Source: Candidatus Dadabacteria bacterium UBA1144 (lineage in GTDB: Bacteria > Desulfobacterota_D > UBA1144). From it: a stretch of 64,000 nt of DNA. Below the pieces are notes generated by a model. That model was not told the DNA's origin, did not search any database, and was given only the letters and a program-made list of their open reading frames with translations. The stretch lies in contig DCAB01000012.1 in the NCBI GenBank assembly GCA_002311855.1, forward strand, positions 388,112-452,111, read 5' to 3'. The translations under genes were made by a program, and so were the position numbers. Below are positions 32,770 through 42,497 of the stretch, in pieces. How positions within the stretch are numbered: the first letter of the stretch is position 1; each line of letters begins with the position of its first letter.

Positions 32770-33530
32770 GATAGAGGAACAAAATTTTACAATATAGAGA
32801 TTTTGAATCAATTCAAAATATATATAAAAATCAAGAAGATGTAATTTTATTTCCAAAAGCTCTTGATATTACTAACTGCTTTTCACGATATCTATTAATC
32901 AATAAATATTTATCCACAAAAAAACCTAAATATTTATTTTGGTCCTTAGAATTTGATAGCAATTCAATTATGGACCCATTTGTCGTAGAAACGATTAATT
33001 GGTGGAAGATTAATATGATTGATTCAAAAAATATTGAAGAAAAAAATATGGCCTCCATATTGTTAAAAAACATTGGTATAGCTTTGTCAAACTCTAGAGA
33101 TACAAGTACCGATTTTCACTATGACTCGGGTTTTGTTCATAGTTATAAAGACAAATTAAGTCCAGTGATAACATTTGAAGTACATCCTCCAAGAAGATGC
33201 TTTAGATTGATAGAAAATTTTGAGAAAATAATATCTACAATTAAAAAATTAAAATTGACAAACAAGGATATTGAACTCGCTCTGACAAAAAAATACCATG
33301 TAGAAAATATTAATTTGAACTTCTCCAATACAACACTGATAGCTGCACAGATTATATCCCAGATTCACAACAAGATTCCAAAAAATCATAGAGAGACATC
33401 TGATTTATTACTAACTCCTTTCTTGGCAGAAAAAATATATTCTGATGCAAATACTTTTGGATTTAATCTCAACTATATTGTTGATACTTATAGAAGTGTT
33501 GATTATTGGGATTCCGACAAAAAGAGATAA
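32766..33530 (+). pseudogene. hypothetical protein with an in-frame TAG at codon 3 (or a CDS starting at 32970)
   Basis: ATG 32766 overlaps the upstream TGA, then AGA TAG, then an open frame 32775-33530. Confidence 0.45.
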
Positions 33531-34072
33531 AAATATTCTTTAAATTCATGCATTCCCAAATATATAGAAATATTAATTATAAAAAGTACTAGTTTAGGAA
33601 TAGTTTTCAATGAATCGAAATAAGACATGATGAAAAGATATTGACAGCCCCATAACCAAATAGTTAAAATGATAAAGGCACCAATTTGTACTTGACTATG
33701 ATATGCAATATTGAGATCGGTTAATGTTGAAATTGTAATTAAGAGTATGGATCCAAAGATAACAGGAGACAAAGTATAGCTAAATGGTTTAAATATACTT
33801 TTAAATGCACATTGTCTTACTGAACCACCACACAATCTCGATATAATGGCAAGAATGAAGCACGATATTATGATTTCACAGAAATAAAAAACAAAGCTAA
33901 AATTATCTAAAGCATATTTCGAATCAAAACAATAGTAACTTATATCATCTAAAGCGGTTGCTACGATAACTATCAATAATGCTCTACCACCGGGAATGTA
34001 GTATCTGTTCAAAGAAGCAGATAAATAAAGTTTTGTAGAAAAAAAAAGAGTAGAAAGAAGATTTATTAACAT
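33503..34072 (-). CDS. hypothetical multi-pass membrane protein (Yip1-like topology)
   Basis: About 5 hydrophobic segments; FSYTLSP; start may extend to 34150. Confidence 0.55.
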   Translation of the reverse strand: MLINLLSTLFFSTKLYLSASLNRYYIPGGRALLIVIVATALDDISYYCFDSKYALDNFSFVFYFCEIIISCFILAIISRLCGGSVRQCAFKSIFKPFSYTLSPVIFGSILLITISTLTDLNIAYHSQVQIGAFIILTIWLWGCQYLFIMSYFDSLKTIPKLVLFIINISIYLGMHEFKEYFYLFLSESQ

Positions 34073-34160
34073 AATGAATTTAGAATATATTAGGCCTCCT
34101 ATATAATAACATTGTAGCAGAACTGCTTGAGTAAAATAAACAGTATCCATGAAGATTTAT

Positions 34161-34189
34161 TTGACTTTTTGATTAAATAAGATTATTGT
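34161..34189 (+). promoter_or_regulatory. sigma70 promoter with no downstream + strand ORF
   Basis: TTGACT (34161-34166), 17 bp spacer, TATTGT (34184-34189). Confidence 0.55.
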
Positions 34190-34197
34190 AACGTTTT

Positions 34198-34274
34198 AGG
34201 TTGAGTTAGGGACAGTGTTGATTGTCTCACGAAGAAAGCTAAGAGATTAGCACTAAAACTCAATCTTTTTTTTT
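34198..34274 (+). ncRNA. candidate structured small RNA (three-way junction), family not recognised
   Basis: P1 34199-207/34257-265, P2 34209-216/34221-228, P3 34238-242/34247-251 with GAGA tetraloop, T9 tail, upstream promoter. Confidence 0.55.
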
Positions 34275-34281
34275 GTCTTTT

Positions 34282-34998
34282 TTAATCTTTTGAATGTAAC
34301 CCACATTCGGTATTACTTTCGTTCTCCCACCACCATCTACCTGCTCTAGGGCTTTCACCAGTCTTGATACCCCTTGTACATGGAGCACAGCCAATCGATG
34401 GGTAATTTAAATCATGTAATTTGTTATAAGGAACGTTATTTTTTTTGATATAATCAAATACTTGTTCGAAGCTCCAGTCTATTAATGGATTATATTTTAA
34501 GATTGTCTTTTTTCTGATATCTATTTCGATTTTTTTAAAATTAGACCTGTTCTCATTCTGATTTTTTCTGAGTCCAGTTATCCATGCATCAAGATTGGAT
34601 AGCTTTTTTTCAAGGGGTATAACTTTTCTTACATTACAGCAAAGTTGTCTATTCTCAACTGATTTGTAAAAGAGATTCATTCCTTTCTCTTGAACCATGG
34701 TTTCTACATCAACATTATTTGGAAAGAGAATTTCAATTTTGATATTGTATTTATTTCTTATCTCGTCAATTAGATTGTAGGTTTCTTGATTCAACCTTCC
34801 GGTGTCTATGGTAAAAATTGGTATTGATAGACCAAGATTCTGAATCATATGAATTATAACAACATCTTCGGCTCCAAAACTAGAAGCAAGTTCTACTTTA
34901 TCGCCATGCAATTGAAAGATAAAATCTAAAAGCTCTTCAGGGTTCTTATTAGAATTTTTATCTACTATTTTATTGTATTCTTGTTCAAAATCTACCAT
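34282..34998 (-). CDS. cysH: adenylylsulfate (APS) reductase, thioredoxin-dependent CysH family
   Basis: SSFGAED, IDTG, CCNVRK, YPSIGCAPCT, RAGRW, ECGLH; CC plus CxxC marks the Fe-S APS-reductase type. Confidence 0.93.
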   Translation of the reverse strand: MVDFEQEYNKIVDKNSNKNPEELLDFIFQLHGDKVELASSFGAEDVVIIHMIQNLGLSIPIFTIDTGRLNQETYNLIDEIRNKYNIKIEILFPNNVDVETMVQEKGMNLFYKSVENRQLCCNVRKVIPLEKKLSNLDAWITGLRKNQNENRSNFKKIEIDIRKKTILKYNPLIDWSFEQVFDYIKKNNVPYNKLHDLNYPSIGCAPCTRGIKTGESPRAGRWWWENESNTECGLHSKD

Positions 34999-35001
34999 TG
35001 T

Positions 35002-35973
35002 TCATGCCTTTAAAAAATACTCTGCAATTATATAAGATATTACAACACAACTTAAAGGAGCGAAAATCCAAAATTTTAAAATACTAGAAACACTAGTTTT
35101 TTTTAATGTTCTTGAGAAACCTGTACTTGCACAGGAAAATCCTATAATTCCTGCTGTCACTATTTCTGCTACAGATATGGGGATGCCGTACAATGAAGCA
35201 ACCGCAAGAAATAAGCCACCCGTCAGATGAACAGAAATAGCCCTAATAAGGCAAATATCGGTTATTCTTTTAGCAACAGTTTCAAGTATCCTTCCTCCCA
35301 AAAATAATGCACCCAGAGCCATAAAGAGGCCGGCGATTAATGCCCCATCTGAGGCTGAGACTAGACCTCTAGCAACAATTGGTGCGGCTGCGTTTGCTGA
35401 ATTGTTAGCCCCAGCAAAGAAAGCAAGAAAACAACCTGAAGATATAAGTAGATATTGAAGAATACGATTAATTTTTTGTTCTTCTGAATGAGAAGCTAAA
35501 AAGTTTATAATTTTAATGTACCAATATTTGCCAATCAAATAGTTGACAAGCCATAGACCAAGTGGAGTTGCTACCCACCATATAGTGATTTCTATTACTT
35601 TGCTTGAATTCAAACTATTCAAAGCTAATCCGATTCCAATTATTGTGCAAACCACAATATGGGTGGTAGCAATCGGTATTCTTAAGATATTGGCAATTGC
35701 GATTGATAAGATTGGAAGAAGAAGAATTAAAAAAGTAAATTTTATATCTACTATCCCTAGATTTGTGTTTACTATTTCTTTACCCACCGTTTGAATAACC
35801 TTTTCTCCAGCAAAAGCGGCTCCTAAAAAAACAAAAATAAAAATCAATGAAACTGACTTAATCTTGGATAAAGTATTCGATCCATATGCAGTTGCCATGG
35901 AAGCACCAGCATTATTTGCCCCAACATTAAACGATAATATTAGAGCTAAAACAGATATAAATAGAATTTCCAT
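35002..35973 (-). CDS. PiT-family anion permease, probable sulfate permease (CysP-like)
   Basis: Duplicated GANN signature, multi-TM; directly upstream of cysH. Confidence 0.8.
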   Translation of the reverse strand: MEILFISVLALILSFNVGANNAGASMATAYGSNTLSKIKSVSLIFIFVFLGAAFAGEKVIQTVGKEIVNTNLGIVDIKFTFLILLLPILSIAIANILRIPIATTHIVVCTIIGIGLALNSLNSSKVIEITIWWVATPLGLWLVNYLIGKYWYIKIINFLASHSEEQKINRILQYLLISSGCFLAFFAGANNSANAAAPIVARGLVSASDGALIAGLFMALGALFLGGRILETVAKRITDICLIRAISVHLTGGLFLAVASLYGIPISVAEIVTAGIIGFSCASTGFSRTLKKTSVSSILKFWIFAPLSCVVISYIIAEYFLKA

Positions 35974-36032
35974 AGGATTTTGATAATATATATTTCTTTT
36001 TAATTACAAAATATACATTTTTTACTTAGTTT

Positions 36033-36048
36033 AATAAACATGTTTATT
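36033..36048. promoter_or_regulatory. perfect 16-bp palindrome in the divergent cys promoter region
   Basis: AATAAACATGTTTATT is its own reverse complement. Confidence 0.4.
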
Positions 36049-36178
36049 CAAGAATGATTGTCGAGGATGCTTGAAAATAGGGGAAATTTCGTGTTTTCTT
36101 ATAACTGCGATGATTAATTCAGTACGAATTTGTGATATTAATTAGACAATTGAATTTTCAATATGAGTGATTTACAAC

Positions 36179-37867
36179 ATGTCAGAAGTTAAAAAAGTTA
36201 AAAATGAGTACATAAAAGAATCAAGCGATGGATTGAGAGGAACTATTCACCAAGAAATTCAGGATAAGTCTTCTACGAAATTTACTGCTGATAACGTACA
36301 ACTTTTGAAATTTCACGGTATTTATCAACAAGATGATAGGGATAAAAGACAAGAGTTAAAAAAAGAAGGTCTGGATAGAGAATATATTTTTATGATTAGA
36401 ACTAAGAATCCAGGGGGTGGAAACATAACACCAGATCAGTGGAATGCGTTGAACCAAATTAGTAATCAATGGAGTGATGGATCGCTCAGAATTACTACTA
36501 GAGAATGCTTTCAGCTCCATGGTATTGGAAAAACAAACTTATGGAATACACTTAATTCCTTAAATAAGAACCTCATTTCTAGTTACGGTGCCTGTGGTGA
36601 TATAGTTAGAAATACCGTTGCATCACCAATTTCGGATGTAAGAGAAGATTACAGTTATAATGCGCAGGCATTAGCAAGAGAAATAGATAAAGCAACTTTG
36701 GCTCAATCAAGAGGGTACTACGAAATATGGGTCGATGGTCAAAAAGTTACCACCAAGATTAATAGAGACAAGATAGAGAAAGATGATTTGTATAAAGAAG
36801 ATTATTTGCCAAGAAAATTCAAAATCGGAGTGGGTCATCAACTTGATAATTCAATTGATATTTATACACATGATATAGGTATTATGCCAATAATTGATGG
36901 AGAACTAATAGGTTTGAATATTTTGGTTGGGGGTGGTCTAGGAAGTCATCATAGACAAAGCCAAACATTTCCAAGACTGGCAGATGAATTAGGGATGTGT
37001 GAAGAAAAAGACATAATCAAAGTTGTAAGGAAGATAGTTGAAATACAACGTGATCATGGTTGTAGAACAAATAGAAAAAGAGCGAGAATGAAATATCTAC
37101 TGGACGAGTGGGGCGTAGAAAAATTTAGAGATGAACTTGAGTCACGATTAGGTTTTAGTCTAAAAGATTATTATAAGATTGTTCCTTCAACGATAGATGA
37201 TTACTACGGATGGAATAAACAAAAACAAGATGGGAAATTTTATTGCGGAATTTTCGTTGAAAATGGGAGAATTAAAGATAAAAATTCAGTCATGCTTAAG
37301 TCTGGCTTGACCGAAATAATTTCTAAGTTTAAAGTTGAATCTCGACTAACAGCCACGCAGGATTTTATCATGGTTAATATAGATGAATCTGATGTCCCTA
37401 AGATTTCTGACATGTTAAAACAGTTTAATATAGATACCAATGAAAAGTATTCTACTCTAAGAAAAGCATCGATGGCATGCCCCGCATTTCCAACTTGTGG
37501 TTTAGCAATTGCTGAAGCAGAAAGATTTTTACCCTTCTTAATTGACGATTTAGAGGGAAGAGGCTATGGAAATGAGAAAATCAAAATAAGAATGAGCGGT
37601 TGTCCTAATTCATGTTCTAGACCACCTGTATCTGAGATAGGGATTATCGGTGCATCTGTCAGAAAATATAATATCTACCTAGGTGGAGATTTTTATGGAA
37701 GAAGACTCAACAGACTTTTTCTTGAATTGGTTGACGATACGGAATTAGCTAATAAGATTTCAAGATTAATTGATTACTGGAAAGCTAATAAAAAAAACGA
37801 GAATGAAGACTTTGGTGATTTTTGCAACAATTATGATTTTGCAAAATTAAAACAGATAGCACAATAA
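36179..37867 (+). CDS. cysI: assimilatory sulfite reductase hemoprotein (CysI/Sir)
   Basis: [42 protein letters not shown] siroheme/Fe-S motifs. Confidence 0.93.
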   Translation: MSEVKKVKNEYIKESSDGLRGTIHQEIQDKSSTKFTADNVQLLKFHGIYQQDDRDKRQELKKEGLDREYIFMIRTKNPGGGNITPDQWNALNQISNQWSDGSLRITTRECFQLHGIGKTNLWNTLNSLNKNLISSYGACGDIVRNTVASPISDVREDYSYNAQALAREIDKATLAQSRGYYEIWVDGQKVTTKINRDKIEKDDLYKEDYLPRKFKIGVGHQLDNSIDIYTHDIGIMPIIDGELIGLNILVGGGLGSHHRQSQTFPRLADELGMCEEKDIIKVVRKIVEIQRDHGCRTNRKRARMKYLLDEWGVEKFRDELESRLGFSLKDYYKIVPSTIDDYYGWNKQKQDGKFYCGIFVENGRIKDKNSVMLKSGLTEIISKFKVESRLTATQDFIMVNIDESDVPKISDMLKQFNIDTNEKYSTLRKASMACPAFPTCGLAIAEAERFLPFLIDDLEGRGYGNEKIKIRMSGCPNSCSRPPVSEIGIIGASVRKYNIYLGGDFYGRRLNRLFLELVDDTELANKISRLIDYWKANKKNENEDFGDFCNNYDFAKLKQIAQ

Positions 37868-37868
37868 T

Positions 37869-38756
37869 ATGAGCAAATCAAAATATCTTAAAGAACTTGA
37901 AAATGAATCAATTTTCATTTTAAGAGAAGTGGTAGCTGAATTTAATAATCCGGTGATGCTTTATTCAGTAGGAAAGGATTCAAGCGTGATGTTACATCTT
38001 GCTCAAAAAGCTTTCTACCCAGGTAAAATTCCGTTTTCATTGCTACATGTGGACACCGGTTATAAATTTAGAGAAATGTATGAGTTTAGAGATACATTTA
38101 CAAAAAAAATAGGTGCTAAATTAATAGTTCACAGAAACGAAGAAGCGATAGCGCAGGGTGCCCATCCTTCAAGATTAGGAGTAGCTAGATGCTGTGGAGC
38201 CCTTAAGACGGAAGCCCTTTTAGATGCGCTCAAAAAATATAAATTTGATGCCGCGATTGGTGGTGCAAGAAGAGACGAAGAAAAATCTAGAGCAAAAGAA
38301 AGAGTTTTTTCTTTTAGAGACTCTTTTGGTCAATGGGATCCGAAATCACAAAGACCCGAACTATGGAGCATTTATAATTCATGTATTCATGAGAACGAAT
38401 CTGTAAGAATATTTCCATTGTCTAGCTGGACAGAAGTAGATATATGGAATTATATAAAAGAAGAAAAAATTAAAATTGTCTCATTATATTTCTCTAAAAA
38501 AAGAAAAGTTGTTCAAAAAGAAAAAACTTTAATTCCTGCTGAAAATTTAGACTCTAATGAAAAAGTAGAAGAAATCCAAAGTAGATTTAGATCTCTAGGG
38601 TGTATGCCTTGTACTGGAGCAGTGAAATCTAATGCAAATAGTATAGATATGATAGTAAAAGAAGCTATTTCTGCAACAAGAAGCGAGAGAGAGAACAGAA
38701 TAATTGATCATGGCTCAAATACCATGGAAGATAAGAAAAAAGAGGGCTATTTTTGA
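37869..38756 (+). CDS. cysD: sulfate adenylyltransferase subunit 2
   Basis: [40 protein letters not shown]. Confidence 0.96.
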   Translation: MSKSKYLKELENESIFILREVVAEFNNPVMLYSVGKDSSVMLHLAQKAFYPGKIPFSLLHVDTGYKFREMYEFRDTFTKKIGAKLIVHRNEEAIAQGAHPSRLGVARCCGALKTEALLDALKKYKFDAAIGGARRDEEKSRAKERVFSFRDSFGQWDPKSQRPELWSIYNSCIHENESVRIFPLSSWTEVDIWNYIKEEKIKIVSLYFSKKRKVVQKEKTLIPAENLDSNEKVEEIQSRFRSLGCMPCTGAVKSNANSIDMIVKEAISATRSERENRIIDHGSNTMEDKKKEGYF

Positions 38757-40009
38757 TGCCCGATTCGATAGATATCTTGAGATTTGCAACCGCGGGGAGC
38801 GTAGATGACGGAAAATCTACTCTTATTGGGAGATTGCTCGTTGATTCAAAGGGTGTGTTTGATGACCAATTGGAAGCTCTAGAAGGCACTTCTTCTTCGG
38901 GCGAAAATAAAGGTATCGATTTTGCCCTATTAACTGATGGTTTACGTGCTGAGCGCGAGCAGAAAATAACTATTGATGTAGCATATAGATATTTCTCAAC
39001 TCCGAACAGAAAATTTATAATTGCTGACACTCCAGGACATGTTCAATATACTCGCAATATGTTTACAGGGGCAAGTAATTCTGATTTGGCAATAATATTG
39101 ATTGATTCTAGAAAGGGTGTTCTTCAGCAATCTAAAAGACATCTATATATAAGTTGGCTTTTGGGAATTAAGTATATAATAGTTGCGATTAACAAAATGG
39201 ATCTTGTAGATTACGATCAAAAAACTTTTGATTTTATATCAAGGGATTTTATGAGTATAACAAGTAATTTGTTTATAGAAAAAATTGATTTTGTCCCAAT
39301 TTCAGCTTTAAAAGGCGATATGGTTGTTCAGAGAGGAAACAAAATGCCTTGGTATGATGGCCCAACATTAATTGAAATTTTGGAATCAGCCAAATTAAAT
39401 ATAATTGACTATGAAGGTTCGATTAGATTCCCAGTTCAACTAGTTAATAGAGTGGATAACAACAAAAGAAAAGATTTTCGTGGCTATATGGGGCGATCTT
39501 TGTCAGGTAAAATCTCAGTTGGAAATGAAATAAAAATTTTACCAACTAATAAAACTTCAAAGGTAAGAGAGTTAATTCTTTCATCAAAAAAAGTCAAAGA
39601 AATAAATTTTTATGATTCGGGAACGATACTACTTGAAGATGAAATCGATATTTCAAGAGGAGATATGTTTTCTTCAATAGGCAACGAACCACAGATTTCA
39701 AATTCTGTTACAGCCAATATTTGTTGGATGGACGAGAAACAACTTGGCATCAAAAAAAAATATTTGTTTAAACATTGCAATAAAATATCAAAAGCGATTA
39801 TCAAAAAGATAATATATAAGGTTGATATGGAAACCTTAAATCAAATCCCTGCTGACAATACCTTAGATATGAACGACATTGGTCAAGTCGATATAGTATT
39901 ACAAAATAAAATTGTTTTTGATTCTTATTCGGAGAATAAGAATACAGGATCATTTATCTTGATAAATACAGACTCCAATAATACGGTTGCGGCGGGGACT
40001 ATTCTTTAG
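38756..40009 (+). CDS. cysN: sulfate adenylyltransferase subunit 1 (GTPase, no CysC domain)
   Basis: GSVDDGKST, TIDVAYRYF, DTPGH, NKMD, TVAAG. Confidence 0.96.
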   Translation: MPDSIDILRFATAGSVDDGKSTLIGRLLVDSKGVFDDQLEALEGTSSSGENKGIDFALLTDGLRAEREQKITIDVAYRYFSTPNRKFIIADTPGHVQYTRNMFTGASNSDLAIILIDSRKGVLQQSKRHLYISWLLGIKYIIVAINKMDLVDYDQKTFDFISRDFMSITSNLFIEKIDFVPISALKGDMVVQRGNKMPWYDGPTLIEILESAKLNIIDYEGSIRFPVQLVNRVDNNKRKDFRGYMGRSLSGKISVGNEIKILPTNKTSKVRELILSSKKVKEINFYDSGTILLEDEIDISRGDMFSSIGNEPQISNSVTANICWMDEKQLGIKKKYLFKHCNKISKAIIKKIIYKVDMETLNQIPADNTLDMNDIGQVDIVLQNKIVFDSYSENKNTGSFILINTDSNNTVAAGTIL

Positions 40010-40025
40010 CGCCTGACATAAATTT

Positions 40026-40931
40026 ATGAATAAATATAAAATTATAAGTTTCTATAAATTTATTGATATTGATTCTCCTCAATCCCTTCAAGATAGATTT
40101 TATATATTTTGCAAAAAGTCGAAAATTTTAGGAACTTTAATAATTGCCAATGAAGGAATTAATGGAATGTTGGCGGGACAAGAAAGCAAAATAGATGAAA
40201 TAAGTGAAAAACTTTTTGAACTGAGATTAGATCGAGATGATATAAAGATTTCATTTTCTGAAATCAAGCCATTTAATAGATTGAGGATAAAGCTTAAAAA
40301 AGAAATTATAAGTTTGGGTAGCCCTGAGAAATCTAATCCTAATAAATTAGTAGGGAAACATGTTAAACCAAAAGATTGGAATCAACTTTTAGATAAAAAA
40401 GATGTAATTCTTGTTGATACTAGGAATTGTTTTGAAACATCCATAGGAACTTTCGATGGAGCACTCGTTCCAAATATCAATACTTTCAAAGAATTTCCTG
40501 GATTTCTGAAAACGTTGGAAGGTCAAAAAGAAAAAAAAATAGCAATGTTTTGTACTGGTGGAATAAGATGTGAAAAAGTAACTTCTTACATGCTGGAGGT
40601 AGGATTTAAAAAAGTTTTTCATCTAAAAGGGGGAATAGTAAAATACTTAGAAACAGTTCCTGAAAGTGAATCCAAATGGGAGGGAGAATGTTTTGTTTTT
40701 GATAATAGGGTTACGGTTGAACATGGAATGAAGGCAGGAACTTATGTTACATGTAATGCATGTGGAGAACCTTTGAATAATAAGGATATGGATTCTCCGA
40801 AGTTCAATAAAGGTATATCTTGTCCACAGTGTTACGATAAATTAACAAAAAAACAAATTGTTAAAGTCACTGAAAGACAAAAACAGGTTGAACTCGCAAA
40901 AAAAAGAGGAGGGATCCACGTTGGGGAATAG
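40026..40931 (+). CDS. trhO: rhodanese-related tRNA U34 hydroxylase (YceA/TrhO)
   Basis: FYKF, EGING, DTRN..E, MFCTGGIRCEK, GECFVFDNR, C-terminal Cys cluster. Confidence 0.9.
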   Translation: MNKYKIISFYKFIDIDSPQSLQDRFYIFCKKSKILGTLIIANEGINGMLAGQESKIDEISEKLFELRLDRDDIKISFSEIKPFNRLRIKLKKEIISLGSPEKSNPNKLVGKHVKPKDWNQLLDKKDVILVDTRNCFETSIGTFDGALVPNINTFKEFPGFLKTLEGQKEKKIAMFCTGGIRCEKVTSYMLEVGFKKVFHLKGGIVKYLETVPESESKWEGECFVFDNRVTVEHGMKAGTYVTCNACGEPLNNKDMDSPKFNKGISCPQCYDKLTKKQIVKVTERQKQVELAKKRGGIHVGE

Positions 40932-41418
40932 ATTAATATTTTGTTTGTTCTTCTGTTTGACTTTGTCATGTGATAATCAATCGGAAGTTTTCATTGCGGA
41001 TGCTGTATTCGTAGATTCTATGAATAAACAAATTGGTAGGGTGGAAATAATAGAACAAGGAAGAGGTTCAAATTTTAGAATCGAATTAAGTTCTCTTAAT
41101 CATGGATATTATGCAATGCATATTCATGAGAAAGGAGTTTGTGAACCCCCAAACTTTACGACGTCTGGAAATCATCATGGTCTGAGATCCGATGGAACAT
41201 TCGCAGGAGATTTTAAACCAATTAATATCAAGAAAGAGGTTAATAGGTATACTAACAAGATTAAAGATTTCAATAAGATTATTTTTTTGCCTGATATTTT
41301 TTTAAATCCCAGCTCAGAATCGTCTATTATGGATGAAGATGGTTCATCAATTATTGTTCATGAAAATATGCACGGAGGGGCTAGGATTGCTTGCGCGGTA
41401 ATTAAAATTAGGAATTAA
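40921..41418 (+). CDS. sodC: SodC-family superoxide dismutase lipoprotein lacking the Zn loop
   Basis: Lipobox LTLSC, MHIHEKGVC, GNH, AGD, IIVH, GARIAC; likely TTG start overlapping trhO. Confidence 0.75.
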   Translation: MGNRLIFCLFFCLTLSCDNQSEVFIADAVFVDSMNKQIGRVEIIEQGRGSNFRIELSSLNHGYYAMHIHEKGVCEPPNFTTSGNHHGLRSDGTFAGDFKPINIKKEVNRYTNKIKDFNKIIFLPDIFLNPSSESSIMDEDGSSIIVHENMHGGARIACAVIKIRN

Positions 41419-41660
41419 GAATATTTATTTAGTTCTCCAGACTTATTTAATATATTTAATTCATCAAAACCACCAATAAATTTATTATTTATTATTATTA
41501 TCGGAACTGTTTTCCAATTATACTTATTTGAAATCTCCAATCTGAGTTCCCTATCTGACGTCAGATCAATTTCTTTAAATTCAAGCCCTTTTACTTTTAG
41601 TAAATTTTTTGCGGCTATGCAGAAAGGACACGATTCAGTTGTGTAGAGCTCAATTTCCAC
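41415..41660 (-). CDS. grxC: glutaredoxin 3
   Basis: CPFC, TVP, IGGFD; likely GTG start at 41660. Confidence 0.9.
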   Translation of the reverse strand: MEIELYTTESCPFCIAAKNLLKVKGLEFKEIDLTSDRELRLEISNKYNWKTVPIIIINNKFIGGFDELNILNKSGELNKYS

Positions 41661-42093
41661 TATCGGAATCCTTCCTATAAAACAAAGCAATAGTAAAATA
41701 AAAAATTAATATAGCAAAAAAATCTTGAATTAAAAATACTTCGATTTCTTTAAATCTTAGCATTCCTAATTTTGCAATTGAGATAAAACAATAAATTAGA
41801 AATACGAAAAAACTTAAGAAAATGCCTTTAACGATTCTACCAAATTTAATCCTATCATAGAAAATGATATACAGAGAACCTAGCATAACCGAACATAAAT
41901 AAAAAATTATTATTGAATAGAATGCATTCTGTGGAAAGAAATAATTTATTTTAGAAAAATAATATAAAATGTCTATAGAGTCGAATGGGTAGAATGCATT
42001 TGTATAAAATAAATAAGTCAATAATCCCGCAACAGCAACAGCTAGAAGAAAATTTAAAAAACTTAATAATAAACCTATTACTTTTTTGAACAC
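41650..42093 (-). CDS. hypothetical 4-TM membrane protein
   Basis: Hydrophobic segments; overlaps the grxC start. Confidence 0.6.
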   Translation of the reverse strand: MFKKVIGLLLSFLNFLLAVAVAGLLTYLFYTNAFYPFDSIDILYYFSKINYFFPQNAFYSIIIFYLCSVMLGSLYIIFYDRIKFGRIVKGIFLSFFVFLIYCFISIAKLGMLRFKEIEVFLIQDFFAILIFYFTIALFYRKDSDSGN

Positions 42094-42104
42094 TTAGGTT
42101 TAGA

Positions 42105-42233
42105 TTAATTGAAAAAAAAAGAAAAAAAAAGAGTTAAAGAAATATAATAAATTACGTAAGCTACAACCAACAACCGATATTGACCAGCGGGTGCTCCATT
42201 CGTAACAATCCATTGGTTGCTAAAATTAATCAA
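42105..42233 (-). CDS. possible 42-aa single-TM peptide
   Basis: TTG start; MINFSNQWIVTNGAPAGQYRLLVVAYVIYYISLTLFFSFFFN; poor RBS spacing. Confidence 0.3.
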   Translation of the reverse strand: MINFSNQWIVTNGAPAGQYRLLVVAYVIYYISLTLFFSFFFN

Positions 42234-42247
42234 ATCCTAGCAACCAA
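42213..42247. terminator. 10-bp perfect hairpin downstream of the 67-aa gene
   Basis: TTGGTTGCTA, 15-nt loop, TAGCAACCAA; no clear U-tract. Confidence 0.4.
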
Positions 42248-42289
42248 ACATGAACTTATTAATTTATAAAACCACGACTTAGAACTTTC

Positions 42290-42493
42290 TTAGTCGGCGA
42301 GCCCATTCTTTCTTTTTGTTGGACCCTTTTCTGGACGACCAAAGTCAAGGCCGACTATTGCTGCCCAGTTTTGTGATCCAGCAACGTGTCCTGCATAGCC
42401 TCTTGCGTTCTGAGGATTGTGTGCACTTTGACCTGTATCTATACTCACGCGCCTAGCCCAATTTCTCATTGGGGAATTTTGTTGATCTGGCAT
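42290..42493 (-). CDS. 67-aa orphan protein
   Basis: GGAGGTG RBS, own promoter, GC-richer than its flanks. Confidence 0.75.
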   Translation of the reverse strand: MPDQQNSPMRNWARRVSIDTGQSAHNPQNARGYAGHVAGSQNWAAIVGLDFGRPEKGPTKRKNGLAD

Positions 42494-42497
42494 ATTA

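Noticed and set aside
34198-34274. Hammerhead ribozyme, SRP RNA or glutamine riboswitch identity for the three-way junction
   Set aside because: Lacks the CUGAnGA core, the SRP domain IV motif and the E-loop; no downstream + strand gene
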